A stretch of DNA of 64,000 nt from positions 470,858 through 534,857 of the forward strand of contig CAVOKY010000011.1 of assembly GCA_963696645.1 (NCBI GenBank), in the 5' to 3' direction. This stretch comes from an uncultured Alphaproteobacteria bacterium (GTDB taxonomy: Bacteria > Pseudomonadota > Alphaproteobacteria > Acetobacterales > Acetobacteraceae). Positions within the stretch are counted from its first letter, which is position 1. Every line of letters begins with the position of its first letter. The position numbers and the translations under genes were made by a program. The notes under the pieces are model-generated. The model was not told where the DNA came from. It ran no database searches and saw only the letters and a list, made by a program, of their open reading frames with translations. Shown in pieces: positions 1 through 9,015 of the stretch.

Positions 1-1233
1 CGACGGCAGTTCGGTGGTGGCGAGGACGTCATTGAGCTGTGCCGTGCTTAGATAGGGGAACCGTGTGGCGATCAGCCAATGGGCATCGGTCGGCACCACC
101 GGCGCCAGCGTCGTGTCGCTGACCGGCGGCAGCCCGTAGGTCAGATAGGTGGTGTAGGCCTGTATCTGTTGGGCGTAGGACGCGGAAGGGCGGATCGTAC
201 CGCCGGCGATGCAGCCGGCGACGCTGCCGGCGCACGCGGCCGCATAGGGGGAACTTGCGCCGCCGCCGAGATAGCCCTGCATCGTCTGGCTGAGCGCTGG
301 CAGGTTGCCAGGGGTGGCGTTCGAAGACACGTACGACGGATTGCCGGCAAGCGTCTCGGCGATCAGGTAGGTGGCGAGAATGCGCCCGGCGATCACGTCC
401 GTCGGGTAATGCACGCCGTTGACATTGAGGTCATAGGAGAAGTCCGCCGCCGCCTGCACCAGTTGCTGGTAATAGCCCGGTGCCAGGATGGCGAAGGTGA
501 TGGCGTTGACGGTACCTCCGATGGTATGCGCGCTGGGGAAATCGCCCGTCTGCAAATCGCCGTTGATCTGCCAGTTTATACCGAAGCTGCCAGGCGTCTG
601 CTGGTTCTGGTAGGCGAGCAGCGACGAGTTGGCCGGCGTAAAGGGATTGTTGAAGATTGTGGCCGACACCTGATAGGGCGGCGGGTTGCCGACACTGTCG
701 ATCTGGCCGGGCAGCAGACCATAGGCATTCTTGTAGATGTTGACCGCGCCAAACGCAGTTTTCATCAGGTTCAGTTGTGCACTGCCGCCGATGTCGTTCA
801 CCGCATTCTGCACCGACGTCGGAAGCGCCGGGGCAAAAGGCAGCCCTGCCGAAGTATAACCGAAATTATTATTGGACGGAAACGCGCGGAGCAGAATATT
901 GGCGTAAATCTGCGGCGCGATCAATACAGTCCCGGAGGAAATCTTCTGGGCCTGCGTCGAATTAAGGTAGATGTTGTTCTCGGTTTGCAGGTTGGCATTG
1001 AGCGCCGCAACGCCGGCGGGCGAGCTCAGCAACTGGTTGAATGGTGACAGCAGGTTGATCTCGTACGTGGCCTGCGCGGAGCACAGCGGAGTCACCACGG
1101 TCGTGCACTGCGCGAACGCCGATCCTGCCCCGGCCATCGTGACCAGCATCATGGCGAATGCGCATGGCAGTCGGCATAGCTGTCGCGTAACTGCCACGTG
1201 GTCGCTGCCGGCATGAGGTCTCAACCTGCTCAT
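1..1233 (-). CDS. PAP2 / acid-phosphatase-superfamily-like secreted protein (3' end lies beyond the window edge)
   Basis: The minus-strand frame is open from ATG 1233 to position 1. An alternative ATG-ATG at 1152 gives the signal-like N-terminus MMLVTMAGAGSAFAQC. It is absent from the ORF track because no stop lies in the window. My translation contains FPSAHTIGG and NGVHYPTDVIAGR, resembling PAP2 motifs (PSGH; SRxxxxxHxxxD). The + ORF 79..1047 is its Arg-rich antisense shadow. Confidence 0.55.
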   Translation of the reverse strand, partial: MSRLRPHAGSDHVAVTRQLCRLPCAFAMMLVTMAGAGSAFAQCTTVVTPLCSAQATYEINLLSPFNQLLSSPAGVAALNANLQTENNIYLNSTQAQKISSGTVLIAPQIYANILLRAFPSNNNFGYTSAGLPFAPALPTSVQNAVNDIGGSAQLNLMKTAFGAVNIYKNAYGLLPGQIDSVGNPPPYQVSATIFNNPFTPANSSLLAYQNQQTPGSFGINWQINGDLQTGDFPSAHTIGGTVNAITFAILAPGYYQQLVQAAADFSYDLNVNGVHYPTDVIAGRILATYLIAETLAGNPSYVSSNATPGNLPALSQTMQGYLGGGASSPYAAACAGSVAGCIAGGTIRPSASYAQQIQAYTTYLTYGLPPVSDTTLAPVVPTDAHWLIATRFPYLSTAQLNDVLATTELPS

Positions 1234-1475
1234 CACGGTTCGCCCCGGTTCACGGGGGAAAGTTGCTCGTGAAACACCAATTAACCGTGAAGAATGTTCG
1301 GATGCCTCGTGGGGCGCGGCTCTGCGCCCACTCTCCGCTTTCCCTTGTCAGTGCCAACACCTCAGCGCCACACCAACCCCCCGGCTTTCCCCTGTCGTCG
1401 CAACGACGTCAGTGCCACGCCACCCCCCGATTTCCCGTCACCGCAAAGACCACAGCGCCCGGCATCCCCGCCCCC

Positions 1476-1512
1476 CTGTCATTGCGAGGAGGCGAAGCCG
1501 ACGAAGCAATCC
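1476..1512. repeat. REP-like intergenic repeat copy (CTGTCATTGCGAGGAG-GCGAAGC-N-GAAGCAATCC)
   Basis: ctgtcattgcgaggaggcgaagccgacgaagcaatcc. The same CTGTCATTGCGAGGAGCGCAGCG...GCAATC core recurs at 26926, 38876/38927 and, degenerate, at 43675. Confidence 0.7.
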
Positions 1513-1596
1513 CCCACCCATTGGGTCGCCCCACCGCCCAGCCGCCATCCCTTATAACACTTGACAGTCAACTTACCTAACGGCATACACGCCGCC

Positions 1597-2652
1597 ATGG
1601 ACAGCTTCCCCAACCACCCCCTCGACCTCTCCCTGCAGCTCCCCAGGGACACATTCCACCAGGTCATCCACACCCTGTGTGCCGCGCTGCCGCCCCCGGT
1701 CAGCGACTCCCCCGAGGACCTGATCCGCCGCGACAACGACGCCATCGCCCGCGTCGCCTCCATGCTGCCGGCCAACGCCGATGAGGCCCACCTCGCCGTG
1801 CAGTGCATCGCAGCCCAAGCCCAGGCGACCGACTGCATCCGCCTCGCCCGCCGCCACGACATCGACACCGCGCTGGTGCTGCGATGCAACACCCTGTCCC
1901 TCGCCATGATGCGCCAGGCCTCCGCCGCTCGCCGCCTGCTGCTGCGCGTCCAGGCGATCCGCCAGAAGCGCGAGGCCAACAACGCCACGCTCGATCAGGC
2001 CGCCTGGACCGAGCACGCCGCCATGGGCCTGATGGCCAACGCGCTGGGCCGCACCCCGCCCGCGCCGATCGCCCAGCCGGCACCGCCCGAGGCGCCACCG
2101 GCGGCCGCACCAGTCGCTGACCTGGCCGCCGAGGCCGAGCAGTATGCGATCATCCACCCCCGCCGTGCCGCGCTGATCCGCGCCGCCGGCGGTCTGCCGG
2201 CCAACTGCGACTTCGGCCCACCGCCGCCCGACCTGCTGCCCCTCATCGCCCACGGCACCTCCGCGCCCTCGACGACCCGGCCTCAGCCATCGCCGTTACC
2301 TGACAAGCCCGCCCCGTGCCACGCCGACGCAGGCCGGCATGACCGCACCAGCACGGCGCAAGCAAGCAAGTATTCGGCACAGATTACTCAGTTCAATTCA
2401 GCGATTTCACAGACAAGGCTTCGTTTATTTGCGCTTCGTGCGCAGCGTTTTTTGCCTTTCTGTACTACTGACCTACGAACCGGCCACATGGCAAATTTTC
2501 GGCAAAGTATCGATGAGGAGCTGATTTCGCTGCCCCTTCCACCGAATCATTGCCTTCGCAGGATCAACACCTCAACCGATCATGCTGCGATCGAGTGCGA
2601 TCTCGGCCCACATCGCGAGCCTTGCAGCGCCGCGGCACAAGAAAGCATTTAG
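1597..2652 (+). CDS. hypothetical protein; 3' extent doubtful
   Basis: ORF 1561..2652, with the first ATG at 1597 (MDSFPNHPLDL...). GC-rich, coding-like sequence runs to about 2300, after which the ORF enters visibly AT-richer, non-protein-like sequence. An alternative frame from about 2259 reads LRALDDPASAIAVT and stops at 2301-2303. I recognised no family. Confidence 0.35.
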   Translation: MDSFPNHPLDLSLQLPRDTFHQVIHTLCAALPPPVSDSPEDLIRRDNDAIARVASMLPANADEAHLAVQCIAAQAQATDCIRLARRHDIDTALVLRCNTLSLAMMRQASAARRLLLRVQAIRQKREANNATLDQAAWTEHAAMGLMANALGRTPPAPIAQPAPPEAPPAAAPVADLAAEAEQYAIIHPRRAALIRAAGGLPANCDFGPPPPDLLPLIAHGTSAPSTTRPQPSPLPDKPAPCHADAGRHDRTSTAQASKYSAQITQFNSAISQTRLRLFALRAQRFLPFCTTDLRTGHMANFRQSIDEELISLPLPPNHCLRRINTSTDHAAIECDLGPHREPCSAAAQESI

Positions 2653-3127
2653 CGTCTCCATATCTGCGTTTGAATTCTTTCCGTTGCGATCCTGCCGATT
2701 GGCAGCGGCGGATGGGTTGAAAGGGCCGGCGGGGCAGCAGAGGAATCTGGCGGCAAATCACGGTGGCACAGCGCACCGTGCGGCGCTCTTGTTTGGTTGC
2801 GACCTGATGGCGACGCTGTGAAAATCTGTGTTACCGCCTGCTTGATGCCGTGCCGGCATCCGCGGTCCCAAATTCGCCTTCAGCAGCCCCCACCCCCTAC
2901 CACGTCCATCTCACCCAGCGGGCAATGAGACGGACCCGAGACGCTGCTCGTCATCGCATTGCAGATCATGGCGCGCGGCGATCGCCGTTGGAATCCGCCA
3001 GTCATACGGCTCGCATCACCGATCCTGACGCCGCGACTGCCACACTTGAAACCCGCCCCGCGCGGGCTTGCCGATCCCGGCGATCCTCCGCACACTCCCG
3101 CGTCCAAGAAACATAACGGAGGGAACG

Positions 3128-4297
3128 ATGCCATCGACGCTGCTAAAGCATTGCGCCGCCGCGAGCCTTGCGCTGCTCGCCACCACCGCCATCCCAGCCC
3201 TGGCCGCGCCCTTCATGATCGTTGGCAATGACGAGAAGATCGGCACCGATGCGCAGGGCAAGCCGATGGTCAATCCTACCGGCAACGACAAGGTGCTGAT
3301 CGTTGACCTCGCGAAGCCCGAGGCGCCAGAGATCGTCGCCACCCTGCCGCTGGAGAATTCCATCGTCGGACCGCCGGTCAATCTCGCCATCGCACCGAAT
3401 GGCAGCATCGCCCTGATCGCCGACTCGATGACGGTCGCCGAGGACAACGGCGTTCGCAAGATGGTGCCGACCGACAAGCTGTTCGTGATCGACATGAAGG
3501 CCACCCCGCCGAAGCTCATTCAGACGCTCACCCTCGGCAAGCAGCCCTCGGGCCTGTCATTCAGCCCGAAGGGCGACATGGCTCTGGTGTGCAACCGCGC
3601 GGAGGGCACCATCAGCGTGCTGAAGATCGACGGCACCAATGTCACGCAGACTGGCACCGTCACCATGAGCCCTGGCATCTCTCAGGTGGTGTTCACACCG
3701 GATGGCAAGCGCGCGCTTGTCGTGAAGTCGCCCGACAACAAGCTGGCGGTGCTAGACGTGGATGGCGACAAGGTCACCTACAACAAGCTCGATATCCCGA
3801 CCTATGCCTTCCCGTACAACGTCGTGGTCACGCCGGATTCCAAGCTGGCGATCACCGCCGACAACGGCAACAGCGGCTCCTCCGACGGCAACGCCGACGC
3901 GGTGACGGTGGTCGACCTGGAGGGGCCGCACCCGCACGCGATCGCGCACGTCACCGTGGGTGACGCGCCGGAAGGACTGGCAATGAGCCCGAAGGGCGAT
4001 CTCGCCGCAGTGCTCAGCGTCGACGGCTCCAACATGAAGCAGGCGTGGTTCTACCACCCGCACAGCAGCGTCACGATCCTGCGCATCCAGGGCGAGACGG
4101 TCACGCCGATCAAGACGATCGAAGTGGGCGCCTTTTCGGAGCCGATCGCGTTCAGCCCCGACGGCAGCTACATCTACGTCGGCAACTATGCCGATGCGGA
4201 CTTCTCGATCCTCAAGGTCGATGGCACCAACGTCACCAACACCGGCAAGCTGTTCAAGGAGCCTGGCCACCCGGCTTCGGCACGCATGGGCCCCTGA
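3128..4297 (+). CDS. secreted beta-propeller repeat protein (YVTN / lactonase-like repeats)
   Basis: ATG 3128 is preceded by GGAGGGA. The N-terminal signal is MPSTLLKHCAAASLALLATTAIPALAAP. Recurrent units of about 40 aa carry SPKGD / TPDGK / TPDSK / SPDGS motifs, typical of YncE/YVTN-type propellers. Confidence 0.7.
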   Translation: MPSTLLKHCAAASLALLATTAIPALAAPFMIVGNDEKIGTDAQGKPMVNPTGNDKVLIVDLAKPEAPEIVATLPLENSIVGPPVNLAIAPNGSIALIADSMTVAEDNGVRKMVPTDKLFVIDMKATPPKLIQTLTLGKQPSGLSFSPKGDMALVCNRAEGTISVLKIDGTNVTQTGTVTMSPGISQVVFTPDGKRALVVKSPDNKLAVLDVDGDKVTYNKLDIPTYAFPYNVVVTPDSKLAITADNGNSGSSDGNADAVTVVDLEGPHPHAIAHVTVGDAPEGLAMSPKGDLAAVLSVDGSNMKQAWFYHPHSSVTILRIQGETVTPIKTIEVGAFSEPIAFSPDGSYIYVGNYADADFSILKVDGTNVTNTGKLFKEPGHPASARMGP

Positions 4298-4303
4298 CCC
4301 AAG

Positions 4304-5032
4304 TCATTTGCCCACCGAGGTGACCGCGCTGAAGGCGACATCCAGCGCGCCGAGCTCGAGCTGCATGCCGGTGCTGTTGCTCAGCACGCCGGTCGCGGTG
4401 CCGGTCACCGTGAATGGCAGCGCCGAGGTGGTGCCGTCGCTGTTGGCGCCGATCGCCGCCACCTTGTAGGCGCCGTCCGGCACGGTGTTGCCAGAGCTGT
4501 CCTTGCCGTTCCAGGTGAACGTGTTCTGGCCCGTCACCGAGGTCAGCGTCGCGTCATACAACTGGGCGCCGCTGCTGTTGTAGATCGCGATCGCCACCGG
4601 TTCTGCCCCCGGCGCGGTGAAGTTGATCGTGCCCGTACCGTTCTGCAGCGGCACCTGCGTGGACGTCACCGTGACCTGCTTGCCGGTCATCGCCGAGGCC
4701 TGCATCACTTCGCCGGCCTGGGTAAGCTGGATCAGCTGCGTCAGGCTCGTGTTCGTGTTGATCTGCTGCTCGACGCTGGAGAACTGCACCAGCTCGCTGG
4801 TGAACTGGTTGCTGTCTAGCGGGCTGGTCGGATCCTGGTTCTGCAACTGCGTCATCAATAGATTGAGGAAGTCGCCGAAGTTCGACGACAGCGAATTCAG
4901 TGCCGCACCGCCGCCGGACGCGCCGGTGGTCGATCCCGCCGCCGCGGTGCCGGTTTGCGTGAGGCCTGCAGCGGATTGATTGGCCGCGGCGGTTGCGGCG
5001 TTTTGCTGTGCGGCAATCGAGGCGATACTCAT
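4304..5032 (-). CDS. flgD: flagellar hook capping/assembly protein FlgD
   Basis: FLNLLMTQLQNQDPTSPLDSNQFTSELVQFSSVEQ is the canonical FlgD N-domain. The C-terminal FTWNGKDSSGNTVPDGAYK is an FlgD Ig-like domain. It lies 18 nt downstream of fliK, with an SD of GGAAGGA. Confidence 0.93.
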   Translation of the reverse strand: MSIASIAAQQNAATAAANQSAAGLTQTGTAAAGSTTGASGGGAALNSLSSNFGDFLNLLMTQLQNQDPTSPLDSNQFTSELVQFSSVEQQINTNTSLTQLIQLTQAGEVMQASAMTGKQVTVTSTQVPLQNGTGTINFTAPGAEPVAIAIYNSSGAQLYDATLTSVTGQNTFTWNGKDSSGNTVPDGAYKVAAIGANSDGTTSALPFTVTGTATGVLSNSTGMQLELGALDVAFSAVTSVGK

Positions 5033-5050
5033 CTGACTAGTCCTTCCGGG

Positions 5051-7423
5051 TCAGGCGGTGATGTCGAGACCGGCGCGCAGCCAGCTTGGCAATGCAACCG
5101 GCGTGAATTCGTTATCGGTGTCGTCCATGCTGTCGGCGCTCTGCTGCTGGGCACCGCCGCCATGCCGCGACGCGCTGTCCGAGCCGTTGCCCGCCTGGCC
5201 TGCAACATTCGAGCCAGAACTCGATACGAATGCGGCGCCCGAGCTCGGCGCTGGTTCGGCCGCGGCCAGGTGAAAGGTGATGCTGCGGCCGTCCTGCGCC
5301 ACGCCGGCCTGATTGAGTGCGCTCTGCAACTGCGGCTGGTCGCGCAATAGCAAGGTCAGCGTTTCCTGCCGCTGCACCGTGATCTCAACGCGCGTCGGCG
5401 CATCCTGCGGCCGGTCGATGCGGATCTGCACCTGCCCGAGTTCCGGCGGGTCGAGCCGCAACGTGAGCCGCTGCGCGCCGTCCGGTGCATGCGCGAAGGC
5501 GACCAGGGCCGGCGCGATCTGCGCCGCGGGCGACGCGACGCCAGACCCGGTCGATGCCATCGTGGACGAACCGGGCGGAGTTGCGTTCGGCACTGTCGTG
5601 TCCGCCGGATGCAACGGCGCCGGGATGACCATTCCGCCTTGTGATGGAGCCAGGGGTGCTTGAACCGCGGACGCGACATCGAGCGCGTTGTTGCTTTCCG
5701 GCGCCTGTCCAGGGAACGCGGCCGTCCTCAATTCTTCCGAGCTGGGTGTCGTGGACAGCGTCGGGGCATCATCGGCCGTTTTCCTGGCGAATGCAGATGT
5801 GTTCCCTTGGCCTGCCGCTCGCGGCCGAACGCCTGCTGCCTTCGTCCGGGCGGTCTGAGGATCGTCGGTCGGCGCGTACGCAGGCGCGGTCTGAATTATC
5901 TGCGGCGGGGTGGACGCGCTCGCCGGTGCCGGTAGTGCCGATGGAATGGGGGCTGCAATTGCACTTGCGCCACGATGGGTCGGCAGCGCAGGCCGTTGCC
6001 GATCGGTCGGCTGGGCAGATCCAGCAGTTGTGGCGATCGATGTGAATGGCGGGATCGGTGCGGTTCCATCGGATGGAGCCGCCGTCGACAGCGGTAACGT
6101 CTGGGTCATGGCGACCGCTGTTACGGCGGGAACGGGGGCCTGTTGGGGTACGCCGAATTGCCTTGCCGGTGTCGTTGCCTGCTCCGCTTGCGACGCAGCC
6201 CCTGACGTGGGCGCGATTTGCTTACCGAGGTCTGGCGGCAACGACGCCGCCACTTTCGCATGAGCTGATGGCGGATTGGAGAGCCTTGCCACCTGCGGCG
6301 GGTCGTTTGCAGTTTGTCCCATCGATACCGGACCGGACACAGCCAACTCGGAAGGGATGGACCGGATCTGCTGTTGCTCGATCGCTTGACTGCCGGCACC
6401 GTCCGCGTTCTGGCCGGGCGCTAGAGGCGCCAGTGCCGGCGCCGAATTGCGTGCCACGTCAAGTGCGTGAGCAGACGGGATTGGTGTCGATGGTCCTGAC
6501 CGCGAAAGGGGCGGCCGATCGCCCGCTTCGACCTTTGGTGTGGCGTTAGCGGCCTGACGCGCCGGCGCCATTTCTGCGGACGGGGCCGTCGACAACGGCT
6601 GCAACGGCAGAGGGGCTCCGGCAGTCGACGCGGCAGGTGCGGGAGCCTCGGAAATTAGTGGCGATACCGGGTCAACCTGCCGACTGACAGCTGCTGGCTC
6701 CCCCTGTATAGCGCCGGTCATGACGTTCGCAGTGACAGCGTCAACTTGAGGCGCGACAGGCAGCGCTGGATCCGCGCCAGCAGGCTCCAGGTCAGGCAGC
6801 ATTGTCGATGGCTGCGCGCGATTTGCGACGGGAGCCACTGGAGCCAATACGGGCTCGCCGTAGGTCCGCGGCGAAGGAACTGTCGACATGAGCGAGGACG
6901 ACATTGGCGCATTGGCGGCGGCAGTTTGGCGCGCACTTCGTGCCGAACCCGATGCGACTGGCAATTGAGTCGCACCAGCCGATGACGGCTGCACATTGAA
7001 CCAGGATGGCTCTGGCGTCCGCGACGTGGCGGTGCCTTGGGACATAGGGATGGCGGAAGGATTTGCGCGTGACGAAGGCGCGAACTGGACCACCTCTTGA
7101 CCAAACCTGGCATCAGCGCTGCGCACTGCCGTGACGGCTTGGCGCACGGCTGGCCCTGTCCCAGCAGTCTCAGCCGTCTGGCCCGACGGCAACAGCTGCG
7201 AGGCATCGGGTGCAGCGGTCCCTTGTTGAAATAGAGCCGGCTGCGCCACTGGTGGCCCTGCCAAAATCGCCTGCATCGCACCCGTCATCGCGTGTGCCAT
7301 CGCCGCGTCGAATTGGGGCAGAACAGGTGTCGCCCGATCTGAACCGACCGACTGCGCCGGAGCAGCTTGAACAGGTTGTATCGCCACTTGCGTCTGGGGT
7401 ACGACAGGAAGGCCCGCGAGCAT
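5051..7423 (-). CDS. fliK: flagellar hook-length control protein FliK (long Pro/Ala-rich form)
   Basis: The C-terminus RLTLRLDPPELGQVQIRIDRPQ...VEITVQRQETLTLLLRDQPQLQSALNQAGV matches the Flg_hook domain. Start moved from TTG 7444 to ATG 7423 (MLAGLPVV): GGAG lies 8 nt upstream, and 7444 sits inside the predicted sigma-54 promoter. Confidence 0.8.
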   Translation of the reverse strand: MLAGLPVVPQTQVAIQPVQAAPAQSVGSDRATPVLPQFDAAMAHAMTGAMQAILAGPPVAQPALFQQGTAAPDASQLLPSGQTAETAGTGPAVRQAVTAVRSADARFGQEVVQFAPSSRANPSAIPMSQGTATSRTPEPSWFNVQPSSAGATQLPVASGSARSARQTAAANAPMSSSLMSTVPSPRTYGEPVLAPVAPVANRAQPSTMLPDLEPAGADPALPVAPQVDAVTANVMTGAIQGEPAAVSRQVDPVSPLISEAPAPAASTAGAPLPLQPLSTAPSAEMAPARQAANATPKVEAGDRPPLSRSGPSTPIPSAHALDVARNSAPALAPLAPGQNADGAGSQAIEQQQIRSIPSELAVSGPVSMGQTANDPPQVARLSNPPSAHAKVAASLPPDLGKQIAPTSGAASQAEQATTPARQFGVPQQAPVPAVTAVAMTQTLPLSTAAPSDGTAPIPPFTSIATTAGSAQPTDRQRPALPTHRGASAIAAPIPSALPAPASASTPPQIIQTAPAYAPTDDPQTARTKAAGVRPRAAGQGNTSAFARKTADDAPTLSTTPSSEELRTAAFPGQAPESNNALDVASAVQAPLAPSQGGMVIPAPLHPADTTVPNATPPGSSTMASTGSGVASPAAQIAPALVAFAHAPDGAQRLTLRLDPPELGQVQIRIDRPQDAPTRVEITVQRQETLTLLLRDQPQLQSALNQAGVAQDGRSITFHLAAAEPAPSSGAAFVSSSGSNVAGQAGNGSDSASRHGGGAQQQSADSMDDTDNEFTPVALPSWLRAGLDITA

Positions 7424-7449
7424 CGCAATCACTCCACACTGCAACTGCC

Positions 7450-7465
7450 AGCAAGCTGCATGCCA
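7450..7465 (-). promoter_or_regulatory. candidate sigma-54 (-24/-12) promoter for fliK-flgD
   Basis: The minus strand reads TGGCATGcagcTTGCT, against the consensus TGGCACG-N4-TTGCW, with GG and GC correctly spaced. The predicted TSS near 7439 leaves a leader containing GGAG before ATG 7423. Confidence 0.5.
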
Positions 7466-7605
7466 GCAAACAGTGGCCGGCGTTCATCGACCAGCCAGGC
7501 TCTGTATGGTGTTGATGGGCAAGATATGCCGGGCCGAATCTGCCTTTGTGGCGTCGATTGCGACAAAAGCCGCGGTGCAGCGCGGGCTATTCGCCCAAAG
7601 GTCGG

Positions 7606-7621
7606 TGGCACGGTTCCTGCG
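7606..7621 (+). promoter_or_regulatory. candidate sigma-54 (-24/-12) promoter for flgE-flgK-flgL
   Basis: TGGCACGgttcCTGCg has one mismatch to TGGCACG-N4-TTGC. It lies about 50 nt upstream of the flgE ATG 7670, whose SD AGGAG is at 7658-7662. Confidence 0.5.
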
Positions 7622-7669
7622 TCGCGGTGCGCAGGCGACCCAAGCCGCAATCTTCGCAGGAGCCATCCA

Positions 7670-8992
7670 ATGTCATTGTTCGGCGCAATGAATACCGCAG
7701 TCAGCGGACTGTCTGCGCAGTCGAGCGCCTTCGGCAACATCAGCGACAATGTCGCCAACAGCCAGACTGTCGGATACAAGCGCGTAGACACGAGCTTCAT
7801 CGACTACCTGACGACGAGTACCGCCGCGGACAACGTACCGGGTTCCGTGGTCACTCGGCCCGACTACGTGAACAACGTCGAGGGTACCATCACGCAGACC
7901 GACAATCCGCTTGGTCTTGCGATCACTGGCCAGGGGTTCTTCGCGGTCTCGACACAGGCCGGGACGTCCAACAACCTTCCGACATTTGACGCACAGCAGG
8001 AATATACCCGCGCCGGCGACTTCCAGATGGACAAGAACGGCTACCTGGTTAACTCGGCTGGCGAGTTTCTCAATGGCTGGCCAGTCACCAATGGCGTGGT
8101 GAACCAGAATACCCTGACGCCCATCCAGGTCTCACAGTCTGTGTTCAATCCGATTCCGACCAAGAATGTCACACTCTCGGCCAACCTGCCGGCCACGCCC
8201 ACTGCCGGTACATTGCCGATCACGTCCAACATCGACGTCTATGACAAGAACGGCACGCTCCACACCATGACGCTGAGCTGGAATGAGACGGCAGCGAATA
8301 CGCCGAACGATTGGACTGTGACGCTCACCTCACCGGATGACACCGTCAACACGGCGATTGGCACCGCCGACGTGAAGTTCGGCGCCACCAGCACTAATCC
8401 GGTGTCAGAGGGCACAATCGGCAGTTTGGCCGGCACTGGTGGAATCACGCCCTCCACGTACGCGCTGAACGGCCCCGCCACGCTCGCTTTCACCGCCAAC
8501 TTCGGCACGGCTGCCACTCCGGTAGGTCAGCCCATCACCATCAATCTTGGCACCTACGGTGGAACCAGCGGCCTGACGCAGTACGCTGGAACCGACTACA
8601 ACCTTCGCGGTCTGACGCAGGACGGCGTTCCACCTGGCGCGTTCTCCTCCGTCAGCACGGCGAGCAACGGGGACATCGCCGTGAATTACGACAACGGCCA
8701 GTCCAATGTGATCGCCAGAGTGCCATTGGTCACTTTCAACGACCCGAACGGGTTGCAGCGCCAGAACGGCCAGGCATTTACCGCCTCACAGTATTCCGGT
8801 ACGCCGCTTGCCGAGACAGCAAATACCAACGGTGCCGGTGGTCTCGTCACGCAATCGGTCGAGGGCTCCAACGTTGATATCGCCACCGAGTTCTCCAAGC
8901 TCATCGTCGCGCAGGAGGCGTACTCGGCCAACACCAAACTGGTGACCTCCGCCGATCAGATGCTGCAACTGACCGTCAACATGAAGCAGTAG
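7670..8992 (+). CDS. flgE: flagellar hook protein FlgE
   Basis: MSLFGAMNTAVSGLSAQSSAFGNISDNVANSQTVGYKR is the rod/hook N-terminal signature. The C-terminal SNVDIATEFSKLIVAQEAYSANTKLVTSADQML is also typical. The track ORF begins at 7367; ATG 7670 is the in-frame start with an SD. Confidence 0.93.
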   Translation: MSLFGAMNTAVSGLSAQSSAFGNISDNVANSQTVGYKRVDTSFIDYLTTSTAADNVPGSVVTRPDYVNNVEGTITQTDNPLGLAITGQGFFAVSTQAGTSNNLPTFDAQQEYTRAGDFQMDKNGYLVNSAGEFLNGWPVTNGVVNQNTLTPIQVSQSVFNPIPTKNVTLSANLPATPTAGTLPITSNIDVYDKNGTLHTMTLSWNETAANTPNDWTVTLTSPDDTVNTAIGTADVKFGATSTNPVSEGTIGSLAGTGGITPSTYALNGPATLAFTANFGTAATPVGQPITINLGTYGGTSGLTQYAGTDYNLRGLTQDGVPPGAFSSVSTASNGDIAVNYDNGQSNVIARVPLVTFNDPNGLQRQNGQAFTASQYSGTPLAETANTNGAGGLVTQSVEGSNVDIATEFSKLIVAQEAYSANTKLVTSADQMLQLTVNMKQ

Positions 8993-9015
8993 TCCATTAG
9001 ATCGGGAGCTGCACG

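Noticed and set aside
79-1047. 322-aa + strand ORF at the left edge
   Set aside because: It is antisense to the open PAP2-like frame. It is very Arg-rich and has no motifs.
5051-7423. Repetitive Pro/Ala-rich DNA that could be mistaken for a tandem repeat or CRISPR-like array
   Set aside because: There are no regularly spaced identical repeats. The periodicity is codon-level low complexity inside the fliK coding sequence.
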